The notes beneath the pieces were generated by a model, which was not told where the DNA came from, ran no database searches, and saw only the letters and a program-made list of their open reading frames with translations. Made by a program: the position numbers and the translations under genes. From the NCBI GenBank assembly GCA_000934665.2, contig KZ539115.1, positions 1 to 33,086 of the forward strand: a DNA stretch of 33,086 bases. The letters are read 5' to 3'. Positions 1 through 11,626 of this stretch are shown here, one piece after another. The DNA comes from Catajapyx aquilonaris (Eukaryota). Position 1 is the stretch's first letter; each line of letters starts with the position of its first letter.

Positions 1-813
1 TACCATTGCACTACACTGGTACTGCTAAGTTAGAAGTAACTAGTAGTACGACAGAAATTCCAAAGATTTGTTTCAGAAAGAAGATTTCATGAGCAGTGAA
101 TTGGTAATTGCTTGAGTAAGACCTATGGTACAGCTTAAATCAATTGGTGAAGGTCTTACGTGCGCCTGCCTTGTTTCAGTACCTTCATTCCGCCGCGGAG
201 GTCTTACTTCTCTTTTTTTTACTGAAGGGAAAGTTTTTCATCTAATATAACCTTCAAATGTGCGGCACGACATGGCTGCCCACCGTTTACTTATGGCCTG
301 GATGCTCGATTCACACATATCGTGTGCGGCTTTCAATCGCAATGGTGAACATCTTTCCAGGAATGGGCCACCGTCTCAAAAATTAAAACCTGAATTTCCC
401 ACGAAACGTACACACATAACCAATATATACCAAAAATGTTTTGCAACCTGTCCTTTACATAGTATTTAAATATTTCCACCCTGATATCACTGGCATAATT
501 CGGGGTTATGATAATACAAAATGGCACGGATACTTGTGTTCTGCATAACTGAGGGGACTCCCCCACAATTAATTACGCCTATTGCCAGAAAGAGACGGGG
601 AAATGATATGAAGACAATTTCTACGTCGTTCCGTCATTTCCAGATGTATGCCGTAGAAAAAAAGACAATACGCTAAAGGTACACTGCGAGTATTCCTGCG
701 ACAAACTGCGGCTGAGCTGCCCACTTGTCCCTTTGTTAAAAAACATGGCGGTCAATCTTATTACCTATACAGTTTTACAGGGAAACTGATTTGTAGTGTG
801 ACACAATAATTGC

Positions 814-866
814 ATATGACGACGAATGTCATTAATAATAATTATTAATGACATTCGTCGTCATAT
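814..866. repeat. Perfect palindrome (26-bp arms, 1-nt centre) about 90 nt downstream of the SETDB1 stop codon, probably in its 3' UTR
   Basis: ATATGACGACGAATGTCATTAATAAT (814-839), A at 840, then ATTATTAATGACATTCGTCGTCATAT (841-866), the exact reverse complement of the first arm. Confidence 0.95.
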
Positions 867-955
867 AAGCTTCCTTACTGATGCAAAAATCCGAGTAAAA
901 AATGAATTAGTTTCATCCAATGTTGGGGCGGCTGGTCCTTTCTTTCTCCAGCGCT

Positions 956-3900
956 TTACAAAAGCCTCCCTCTGCAATCGGTGGACCCGCAATAGCAGTA
1001 CATGACTTTTCCTGGAACGCTCCCGACATCGTAGTTGTAGTCCCAGGTGAGTTCTGTTCCAGCTCGGATGTACGTCAGAGCGAAAAAGGCGACCCACGGG
1101 AATCGAAGATCCTGAGTGTCGACAAACACATTCTGGACGAACACGTTAGGCGAACATGAATGCTGTCGACGGGGAAAAAAAAACAGGTTAAGAAATGCTA
1201 CGAATGTTACGCCACGAGAGGAACTCACATTGAGGTATCGCCCGATGTTTCCAGTCGTTTTCGCGTCCATTATAAAGACCTCCTCGTTCCCAAAAAAATT
1301 CCGAACGGACACAAACTTATGCCTCATTATCTGCTCTTGCTGCTTATCCGGCTTGCTCTTGGCGTCAGGCAGTGCGGAGAAGCGCGATGGTTCACGTACA
1401 GCTTTTAAAACAATTAATTACATGTTATTAGTAATAGAGCAGCTGTCGGCAATTTAACGTACCTTCATTGGAGTCCTCTTCATCTGCGAGCCCACTGCCA
1501 TCTTCTCCGCTTTCAGACTTCTTCACCTTGCTTCTGGCCCCTTTCTCTTCGTCAGCCCCTTCCTTCTGAGCCTCCCCCTTCTCGTCTTGCGTCGACGTCA
1601 CTGGCTCACCCCCACTCTCGCCAGACGTCCTCCTCTTCCCGTTCCCGCCAGTCTTGCTCCTGGTGGCCCTTTCCATCCCGCCAGTGACTGTGGCTTGACT
1701 CGCTTGACCTCCAGGGATGCGAAACTCCTCGTCCGAATCAGTGCGTCCCGAGCCTCCAACCCACTCCTCTTCCGTGGTGCCTCCGTCTGACTTGTCCGAA
1801 TCATCGCCTATATAGGCCAGAAAAAAATACTCATGACATGTTCATTGAGTAACGCATGCAACATAATCGGCCAACATCAACAAAAGGCGAGGGTTAGTCG
1901 GAAAATTAGATTCATAATAATTAAAATGAAACACGCTGTAACAATAAAAGCACCAAATAACTTCACGGCAGTGAAAGCGAGAGAGAAAAACCGTATCCAA
2001 AGGCCATAATTATCTACTTCATTCGGTTAGTAATGTACGTAATGTCATAACGTATGTCAAGTCATAATGTCGTTATGTACGTAAAGTCATAATGTCGTTA
2101 TGTACGTCAAGTCATGATGTCGTTATGTACGTCAAGTCATAATGTCGTTATGTACGTCAAGTCATAATGTCGTTATGTACGTCAAGTCATATCATAATGT
2201 ACGTAAAGTCATGTCATAATGTACGTAATGCCGTAATAAAGCACCAAGCATGAGACAGCACGAGCCCAGGCTGTAAGCTGCTTCTCGGACAATGTTCTGG
2301 TTAATTAGGTGAGGTTGTTAATTAAAATCATCAAATCATAAAAAAATAAATACCTTCATCTGGATTTGGGTTCTTAGGCACAGCTTTCTTACCATCCGAA
2401 CCCTGACGATGGGAGTCTGACCCGCCCATGTCGTCCACTACGTCGCTTTCGTACCCTTCCTTGAATCGCTCCACGACTTCGATGTAATCCAATTCGGCCA
2501 GGTACTCGTCTCCGTAGGTCTTTCCGCCCTGTCGATTGAAACTGCGGTTAATACGCTGATCTTCCGCTGATCTTCGTTGTGCCGTTATACTGACCTCATT
2601 TGCTCCTTGCTCCGTCAGCAGCTGTCCGGCGTAGATGCAGATAAACCCGCCCCTGGGGATGTCGTGCAAGCAGCGTATCCCCCAGCCTCGCTTCTGCGTC
2701 TTGAACACCTGCAACTGCAGCTGCAAAGGATTCTGCACCACTCGGTTCAGGCAGGTCTTGCGGCACTTGCACCTTGCGTTGCACTCGTAAATTCCGGTCA
2801 CCACCGGTTCTAGAAGGCGGCGATACACGAATCCCACGTTCGGGTCAGCCGTAGCTCCGGGGCAATACGTCGTGCCTTGAATTGTGAGCTGCCAACAGGC
2901 GCACTTGTCTTTCGACTGGCAGTCATCCGTGCAGCTGCAGCCGATCAGGAATTCCTCGTCCAGATTCAGGTGCACGCCCTCCGTCGGCATGCGCTGGGTG
3001 CGGTACTCCAGGTACTCGGGGTAGCTACGATCCAGGCAGTTCACACAAGACACCGGCACATTTTCCTTACCATAAGAAAGGTCCTGCAAATGAGAAAAGA
3101 ATATTCGACCAAACTGTAACTGGCCACGCTTGAGCGATTCGCTCAGTGGTTTGCATCATGGAGCGATGAAACCAATTGTTCGGGGCGAAAGTAACAATCG
3201 CATTTCACTCCCAAACAATTACTTTCAATCACCAGCGATGCTCAAGGATGCAAATCACTCGCATGTAAACCCCGCATCATACGCAACTTTGAAACCCAGA
3301 CAATTTCAAGTACCTTCAAGTAGAAAATGTTCTCGGGGGGATGAAACTGGGCAAAAGCGTGGACCCAGAAGTCGAAGCAAAACAAGTCTATGCCGATTGT
3401 GGAATTAGTTATCCGCAAGTACAGATGAACCTCCTCGATGCTTCGCAGACGCCTGCCGCACGGGGTGTGGTAAATGATTTGGCGCTTTCCCATCCGGTAC
3501 TTCACCAGCTGCCTGAATGGAAAAAAAGAGGCAACGTTATCATGGGAACGCGTCGGCGATGCTCGAAACCCACCGTTTCCAGCCGCAGAGGATGGGTACG
3601 GCCAAAGGATTATTCTCTTTCATCTCCTCCATGTTGTACGGATGATTCCTGAGGCAAGAAGGATCGCACATGTGCGGGTAGAACTTGACGTGAGGCTGCT
3701 GCTGGTTCTGCACATACTGTAATTATAGAGCAAGCGACATGTAATTAATTATGTAGCGCTCATTCACAGATTAATTCCGGTATTTACATCTACTTAGCTT
3801 CATGTAGTGTGATCGCATCTAATTACGCACCATGTTATCGACACTTACGTTAATAACTCCTTCATGCTCTCCGAGAGGCTGCTCGTAAGAAGACGGCTTA

Positions 3901-6900
3901 GTTGCGACTGGCGAGGTGTTCAGAGTGGAAAGGCCAGGGACGCTCATGTTGCTCTCGATGGACAACATCTGGGGCTTCTTCGCAGTGCTCTTCCTGGCCA
4001 CCGCAGTCTTGGCCGCAGTCTGGTTAGCCCCCATCGTCAACACCTCCACTTCCAAATCCTCGTCGCCTGAAATGTGCGGATTGTTACAATTCGGCAGTTG
4101 AAGCTGGAAATCGACATGTGCTTTTCCTCTGGAAGCGTCCGCGGCGTAAGGCAAGTACTTACCGCTGACTTCCCGAACCTCGTCTATTCGGGTGTACTCA
4201 ACGTACGGTCCTTTTTGCTGAAATATTTAAAGAGCACCCATTACGACATTCCCTGGTGCACAACCAGATGAAAACCTGGCAATCAGATGAGGCCTAACCT
4301 TGCTGACAGTCGTGAGCTGTCTTCTCCTAACATGACCGGAACCTCCGCTTTCCTTCCTGGCTTCGGCGTTGGCCAACTCGCTAAAGAGCGGTCCCAGGCG
4401 AGTGGATCCGCGGTAAATCCATTCCGTGCGGTTGTCCGCATCGAAATGCATCTTCACGAGAGAGGCATCCACTTCCTCCACACGTGCCACCCACCATTTA
4501 GCTGCGAAAAGGTATTCCTTAAGTCCCCATCTTTTCCCGCAACACTGTAACTTCGCATGCTCGTACAATACGATCCAGGCCACGTTTACACGTGAGCGAT
4601 TCACTCAGCGATTAGTTTGGGAGCAAAGTGCGCTCCAAACAATGAGCGAATCGCTCTCATGTGGCCCACATACCGTTCCACTCAGTCTTGACGACTTGTC
4701 CTGGCTGCAGCTTGACCATGGGTCTCTCCGGAAACACCTCCAGATACTTCTGGATGAAAATCTGTGAGTCCGGATGCACGTCTTCCCAGACTTCCTTTGA
4801 ACTCTCGGTGACCAAACGGATCAGATCGTGCGGCACGTACTGGGCGTAACCATCGTCGAAGAAGACCAGGTAACGGAACTTGTTGGTGACCTTGGGAGGC
4901 TCGGCCACGATCCCCGAGTAATAGCTGTAGTTGCCCTTCCCGGTCCCTCCGCTCACGTCGTCTTGAAACACGGCCACGACTCTGGCTCCAACTGGTATGC
5001 GGTGGACTGCAGGGCCGTAGTACGCCAGGTGCTTACCGGACAAGACCTTGACCAAGGCGTACTTGCGGTTTGCGATGTCGAACTTGATCTTGTAAGTAGA
5101 CTAAGGGGAACAGAGATTAATCCAGTGAATTCATGACTCAAAGTGATCAATTGAACAGCAATTGCAACCTCGGTCCCTCTGTGTACGGCTTCCAACACGT
5201 GTGCTTTAGCCCAGGGAGTGAAGCAGCTCTGCCTCATAGCGTAACACGATTCTGAGGCCTTCAACTTCGGCCGAAGCATCGGTCCCTGCGGTGGTAGCGG
5301 AGGAGGCTGCAGAGGAACACGATCCACTTGCACCACGTCCTTCTGCGGAAAGAAGCAAACGGTAGCACCGAAAGTGTCGGAACACGTGCCGCACTTACTT
5401 CAGGGTTAACTTCGTTGAGCCGCACAATCTCAGGTTGTTCTCCGGGCGACTGTGGGTTGCGAATCTGGGTCACTTTTTTCATTGCGACGCCACCTGCAGG
5501 TACACAGACGTTAATATTGTTGCGTTACATACACAAAACGGCAGAGCACTCACCGTACTTCCGCTTCAGACCAGGGATTTTCCTGCGGCCCGGACCTTGG
5601 TTCTCACCATCTCCAGAGTGACGCGACTTGAAGCTCTGGTAATAACTCCTTGCTAACACAACGTTGCCACTCTCAGCAGACGAGTCATCCGACTGGACAT
5701 CCGTTATCTGCAACTCTGGAAGCTCCTGCAAAACAATAACGTGATTACTGCCTACTCATTTCAAATAACGACGTCCGACGCTTACTTTGAATCTAGGCTG
5801 AAAGTCTCGGTACAGCTCGTCTCTGAGGCTGTCCAGACTTTTCTCCAGCTTCGTAAACATTTCATCAACAATGACCACGCTCGCTTTATTCTTCTTAGTA
5901 CGTTCGGCTAAAATCCGATGGCTTTCTTCAATCTGGAAGCCAACGTCGTACTTTTTCATGACCAACGACATCGCCTCTTCGACGGAAATTTCAGTTTCCA
6001 CCGAATCCTCGTCGATACGACGAAGTTCTGGAACAGAAAAAGGGCAACTGTGAGCTGCTGGATAACTCGTAAGCTTGTCATAAAATTGGAAACAATGTCC
6101 TACTAGGACAATGAGGAAATCAACCATATTTTCACACGACAAGAAATATTTAATGATATTTGATACCTTCTTCGTCATCGTCGGACTCGTCCGTATCCAG
6201 TGAAACCACATTCGGCTTGTAAATTTTAATCTTTTCATTCACGACCGGCCGATGAGCTTCGGCCGCTTCGGTCAGAGCCTGTAAGAAAATGAAGATGAAG
6301 CGCTGACCAAAAAACGTGACGGAACATGCGATCGTACCTCTGTAAATTGCAGTGCGGGAAACAAGCAGGTCTCGCATATCTTTGCGACTTTGAGCAGCTG
6401 AAACTCAATCCTGTAGTAGTTCAGTGCATAAATTGGCGCAATATGCAAATTAGAGCTGGTACCGCAATCGGGATTGCAGCATTTCTTCCCAACTCGTCTC
6501 TTCCTATTCGTGGGCTTGTCGTCAACTTCAATCACTTCGAGATCGTCGTCGTCGTCGCTTCTGGCAATGCTAAGCGTGCTCCTTAGTATGCTGGCTTCAG
6601 GAAGAGCTCCTGTGTCCATTCCCATAATATCATTGATGGACGCCAAGGCCGAGTTTAGGATGGATTCGGGAATCAAGGCTTCGCCGCTTATTTTCCCCGA
6701 TTCGTTATCTTCCGTGTCCATCGAGAAGGCTTGATCCAACACGTCTCGTTCGGCTTGGCTCAGATCCTTGTAGTCGTCACCCTTTTTGGTACTGGACGCC
6801 TCCAGGATTTCAATATCAGTGTCTGGATCTGTGTCCGCGGCTTCCATCGCTTCGTCTTTCCCGGATTTTGAAGCCTCAGTTTGCTTTCCATTTAGCTCGG

Positions 6901-7189
6901 GAGCACTGACGGTGGGCTTGTCTTTTCGTGCCTCCCCGTTTTCCGCAGGCTCAGCTTCATTCTTGTTTGGTGCGGCCTCTTCAAGGTCCTTACTTTGCGA
7001 GGTGGCAATCGCATCTTTCGTCTCCTTGTTTGGGTCTGGCCCATCATTCGTTGTCGACGTAGTTTCCAGTGCCTCCGTTTCTTTCGCAGCTACGGACTTG
7101 CTGTCCGACTGTTGGGCACCATTTCCTTTTTCAACGGCCGCAACATCCTTGTCGATAATAGCGATCTCATCATCGCTATCGACATCCAT
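956..7189 (-). CDS. SETDB1: Histone-lysine N-methyltransferase SETDB1/eggless (Tudor region, MBD, pre-SET, bifurcated SET, post-SET), 17 coding exons
   Basis: Exons in transcript order: 6338-7189, 6167-6278, 5786-6027, 5554-5725, 5399-5493, 5169-5342, 4674-5100, 4299-4501, 4163-4217, 3849-4066, 3574-3716, 3314-3512, 2595-3083, 2354-2528, 1463-1807, 1229-1401, 956-1162. All introns are GT-AG and the exons sum to 4281 nt (1426 aa plus stop). Motifs: Tudor [23 protein letters not shown] and [24 protein letters not shown]; pre-[55 protein letters not shown]...GDEYLAELD, an insertion, then [22 protein letters not shown]; post-[16 protein letters not shown]. Confidence 0.97.
2031..2232. repeat. Minisatellite, about 25-bp unit (GTCAAGTCATAATGTCGTTATGTAC) with degenerate ends, in SETDB1 intron 1808-2353
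   Basis: About five near-identical units at roughly 2056-2190, flanked by decayed copies. Confidence 0.9.
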
Positions 7190-8442
7190 ATTTTCCCTCA
7201 GGCTGTCAGACCTATTTTTAAAAAAACGTCAAATTATGCGCTACCCAGTGTAAACATGTACTGGGGTCGTGCCCTCTCATTATAATTGAACGGGGTGGGA
7301 ATGTGACAACCACATGCACGTTGGTGATGAGTCAACGACTAGTGCGCTTCAACGCTGATTATCTCTGCAATGAGTCTGCTGAGCCCAAACATGACCTCTA
7401 CAAAATGTGTTTGTCTCGCTCAGAGGAGTCCGTCCTGCAAGTTTGGTCCGAAGCCATTGTGTCCACCCGGGGTCATACACAGACCGCGTTGTCCATACCC
7501 AGCTTCCTACTGGTCGCCAGTCCAGGGCTGGACCCCCAAATCGGCTCCTTCTTCTCCCGAGGATCCAACAATGGTCGGCTTGTCCAAGTCGTCCCAACAA
7601 TGCAAACCCGGCAACAAACGAAAGAGACTTGTCGTCGGAGTGGGTGGGCGTGGGTTGGAAATAAAAAAAGCAGGGTTGCCAGATGAACGGAGCAATGACC
7701 AGCTTGGGTGGTTGTACTACAGTACGTACATTCCCCTCATTATTTATAAATTGAATTGTACCGTCCATTATAATTACGCATTAAAATGTAATGAAATGGC
7801 TGCGGTCTGTGCCTCTGTTTGTCAGAAGGATATTCGCCACCTATGTGAGATGTATGGTAGTACGTTCATTGTTCGTCATGGGTTGCCAGGTTGTCCACTC
7901 ACTCATTTAGAGCCTCTCAAATTTAAATAAGTGCAATTGCATCTATAATAATTCATTCCATTATTTTATATATCATTTTCGATTATTTAAAAAATATATA
8001 TTTGTACCATGTAGGTTACCCTGATATCCTCCAGATTACCCTGTTCCACCAGCGGGGGACATTCGAATTCACATTTTTTAACTGTTTGTTCCCTAAATTC
8101 AACCAACAAATATGCTGTAAAATTATGTGTCGTAATTAATTTTATAAACAAATTGATGAATAATTGTGGAGACGTTCCAACCGTTCCTTCAGTCACAACT
8201 GGGTTGTATAAAGCGGCGGCCTGAATGCGCCCAACATGGCTGCCTTCTGAGTCTCCGAGATGATTTGTGGTCAACAAAATATTCTTGATTTTTTTATATT
8301 TTTTCGTGGATATATTTTGGTTGTTGCATGCCCGAAATGCTGCCAAAATTTATCAGCTAATATTTCTGGAGAGTTGTAAATTGTCTACACTAGTTATTTT
8401 TGATTGAAAGGTAGAAAAGAAAAGAAAAAAGTTTTTTACTTG

Positions 8443-8790
8443 TACGAGGGAGGGTCAAAAAGTTATTTACCTAGGTATGAAGGAGATGGCTTAGCGGCAG
8501 AATTTTTTAATTAGAGGAAGGGTAAACCATACAGTTATGGGCCACTTAAGAAATTTTCCAAGTTCACATCGTCACATGACCCACAGTAATTACATCTGCA
8601 GTTGGATTTTTTTTCTTCTTCTGAATCATCAGAATGTTCTCTTTCAAGGAGCAACTGTAATTTTGAAATTCTCCCTTACTGTCATTTTTGGTCATGAAAA
8701 GTTCCAAAAAAGTCACAAAAGTAATAGTTATGGGCCACACTCTTCACAGTTATGGGCCGTCTTTGGGACAGTTATGGGCCCCCCTAATTG
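8443..8790 (+). mobile_element. Probable remnant ends of Tc1/mariner- and pogo-like DNA transposons
   Basis: TA|CGAGGGAGGGTCAAAAAGTT at 8443 resembles mariner-type termini. AGGGTAAACCATACAGTTATGGGCC near 8520 follows, with AGTTATGGGCC repeated at 8533, 8726, 8748 and 8770 like subterminal repeats. I found no partner TIR. Confidence 0.4.
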
Positions 8791-9960
8791 TAGTGACCCT
8801 ACTGTTGTTTGCCGCACTTTCGTGGTGCAGGCGGCGGGTGTTGCCCAGGATTGCTTCCTACTGCCTCAGCAGTTTTTCAAGTTTTTATGACCACCCGCCT
8901 AGCCTCTGTCGTCATTTGCGTGAAATCTGGATGAGATAATATGGTTCCTCGATGAACAGCAGAACTGGGGTTTTCTCCAAAAATGCAAACACCTGAGAAT
9001 AAAATAATTATCAAGGCTGCACCATATAAATTTATGCCTATTTATTTCCAGTTTTGTTCTCGTTTTTTGAGGTTATTTTATTTAGACGGTTACATTAGAA
9101 AGAAGATACTATTATTTAATGAGTTTTTCAGACATCTGTTTTTCTGGCAAAGTGGACCATTGCAGGTGTGAAATGTTGTAGAAAATTATGACAATAAGAC
9201 CATTTTTTCCTGTCAGTAAAAGATGTGGCAATTCAAATTTTACTTAATTGGACTTAATTGTGCAAGCAAAGTCTTCATTCATTTCCGGGTGTCAAAAATA
9301 ACCAGAAACAAGTTCTGCACAGCATTGTTGTGGGCTGTAAACGTAGTGGTTCTGCATTCATGGGTAGAACTTGGGTAGAACGCAGGTGCAAGCAAAAAGA
9401 CATGTCTATACTGGATAGTCTTTAAGAACTTCAACAATATGTTTACTATCAACAAATCCTTCCTGCAGCACTGTGGAGACAATAGTAACCATGGGACATT
9501 ATTTGGAACTCATAGGTCATTATTGACAGGAAGCCTGACCACACGAGTCCGGTACTCACATTATTGTCATCCCTTGACTGGCACCGCAGTTGCAAATGGC
9601 TGCTGCTTAGAGGAAGGCTGCTGCCTCTCTGGAGTCTGGTCATTCACCTCAGTAGGTCACGCCTTGACCATACTCCTCCTATGATTTATGAGCATGATTC
9701 CCCTCCTAAAGTTTCATAGTAGGTGCCTTTCCCCTAGGGAAATATGCAGCTTTGTTTGGGTATTTCTTTGCCCACATTTGATTTGAAGAAATGAATCTGA
9801 GTTTTCTCTCATTAGATCCGCAACTGGGAAGTCCTGATGTGATTTAATTACTTATTACATCAAACTTTATTAAAAGAAGGTGTGGCCGAATAATGAGGAT
9901 CCCATTGCGATTTTTTTTTTGTACAAAACAATGCACTATACTCTCCTCATTCCACAGACC

Positions 9961-11472
9961 ATGCCCAGAAGGAAGCAGCCAAGAAGCCTCGAGAACCTGA
10001 GCCTGCGCACATTGGCCAACAATGCAGTGAAAGCCTGCAAAAGAAGCAGAGGCCGTCTCGAAAAAGAGATTATTTCACAGTATGTCTGCAGCATCCCAAA
10101 CATTCTTGCAAATGATTATGTGGTGGAGGTTCTGAGGGTGTGTTCAGGGTTGGATGAAGATTGCAACATTGCCAGTGCTCTTCATTGCAAGTGCACTGAG
10201 ATTATCCGCAGAGATTACATTGCAATCTCTACTAAATGGTATCATAAGTTGATTTCCAGTCTCCACGTCATGAGTGATTTACAAGTGCTTCAAGATGTCA
10301 GTGATGGTTGTAAGCAGAAAGGTAGAAGACGCAGAAGGCCCCATTCATTCCCTGGACTCGCCAAGCTGCGGATAATTGAAAGTCCCTTGATGACTTCCCA
10401 ACCTCTCTTGACACCAATAGTCCAAAGCTCTCCACAGCTGGAGGAGATTGTAATGAGCGGCATATCCACACCACCACAGGATTTGTGTCCTCTGGCAAAC
10501 TTGAAACGCCTGAGAAAAATCATATGTGTTACAGCCATCCAGCCCAGAGATGTGGTGCACCTACTGGAGAATCTTCCCAAATTAGAAGTGTTGACAATTA
10601 GTGATGTGAAAGGCGTTCTGTCACTGTGCCAGCACCCCTATCCTTGTTTGAAGGACTTTGCCGCATGGACCTATGTGGAGGGCATCATGCTTGAAAAGGT
10701 TGCAATCTACTTCCCAAACCTGGAGAACCTTTTCCTGCAGTTGGGTGAACAAGAAGCAGATCTAAGTCCAGTAAACATACTAACCAACCTCAAGAGTTTA
10801 ATGATTCAATCAGCAACAGCTTCCCTTCTTCTCTGCTTGTTGGACAATTGCATGAGCCATCTTACCAGCTTGGCTTTGTTCAATTTGCATGGACTCGATC
10901 CCGTATTTGGACCGAACAGAAACCTATCCTTCCCCCTACTTGAGTGCCTGATTATATACTCCTGCTATGGAGTCAACCTGGCAGCCATTGGGGAGATCTT
11001 CCCTAACCTAAAGTCACTTCAGGCTAATTATAATGAATTCACTGGATTGCATCTGTACCCAACTGCTCATGCCTTTCAAGCGATTGAAGATTTTATAGTG
11101 GATGCTACAATGCCAAGGAGATATATCCGACATATCTTGTCCAGGGAGAATCTGAAGAACCTTCAAATAATGTGCAATGATCATGAGTCACTTATTGTGT
11201 GCACTGAACTTTTTCAAGACATGAGACAGGAAGCTCTGCAAACACTGACGATCCATGACAACTGCATGACAAAGGAAGTGATTCCAGTGATTTTGGGTTC
11301 AAGTGGAGATGATTTGCAATATGTGTGTTTGGGTAGCGAAAGGGTCATTTTGTCGAGTAGTGAGTGTGAGGAATTGTCCTATCAATTGCAGCCTTATGAC
11401 ATGATTTTCGATATTCATTTCTGTAAATACCCCCAACGCCAGACCTACTTCAAGTATGATTCACATAAATAA
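9961..11472 (+). CDS. Leucine-rich-repeat protein (503 aa) with N-terminal BC-box-like motif; PRAME/ZYG11-like candidate cullin substrate receptor; intronless CDS
   Basis: An acceptor (CTCCTCATTCCACAG|ACC) directly precedes ATG 9961. The N-terminus is MPRRKQPRSLENLSLRTLA. LRR units include SPQLEEIVM, LPKLEVLTI, FPNLENLFL, LTNLKSLMI, MSHLTSLAL, FPLLECLII and FPNLKSLQA. The ORF is an uninterrupted 1.5 kb with AATAAA downstream at 11621. Confidence 0.85.
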   Translation: MPRRKQPRSLENLSLRTLANNAVKACKRSRGRLEKEIISQYVCSIPNILANDYVVEVLRVCSGLDEDCNIASALHCKCTEIIRRDYIAISTKWYHKLISSLHVMSDLQVLQDVSDGCKQKGRRRRRPHSFPGLAKLRIIESPLMTSQPLLTPIVQSSPQLEEIVMSGISTPPQDLCPLANLKRLRKIICVTAIQPRDVVHLLENLPKLEVLTISDVKGVLSLCQHPYPCLKDFAAWTYVEGIMLEKVAIYFPNLENLFLQLGEQEADLSPVNILTNLKSLMIQSATASLLLCLLDNCMSHLTSLALFNLHGLDPVFGPNRNLSFPLLECLIIYSCYGVNLAAIGEIFPNLKSLQANYNEFTGLHLYPTAHAFQAIEDFIVDATMPRRYIRHILSRENLKNLQIMCNDHESLIVCTELFQDMRQEALQTLTIHDNCMTKEVIPVILGSSGDDLQYVCLGSERVILSSSECEELSYQLQPYDMIFDIHFCKYPQRQTYFKYDSHK

Positions 11473-11620
11473 GAACACTTGGCAGTTAAATCCCCCATCA
11501 GGTACCTGTGACCAAACCCATGCGAATGTAATTGAAAATGTTGTTATCATTAATATTTAAAATTTAGGGACTGCTAATAATATGTCATTGAACATCAACC
11601 CCAGACATCATTATTTTGGC

Positions 11621-11626
11621 AATAAA
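11621..11626 (+). terminator. Putative polyadenylation signal of the LRR gene
   Basis: AATAAA about 150 nt after the stop, followed by GT/T-rich sequence. Confidence 0.55.

Noticed and set aside
920..7285. Numerous plus-strand ORFs over SETDB1, and minus-strand ORFs at 15841-16284 and 31273-31722 elsewhere in the window
   Set aside because: They are antisense shadows of real coding exons.
7303..7930. Overlapping ORFs of 127-186 aa upstream of SETDB1
   Set aside because: They show no recognisable domain or consistent splice structure and several frames are equally open. More likely UTR, promoter or repeat sequence.
9880..9960. N-terminal extension of the LRR ORF from a GTG start
   Set aside because: It is a pyrimidine-rich acceptor region, and ATG 9961 in ACCATG context is the likely start.
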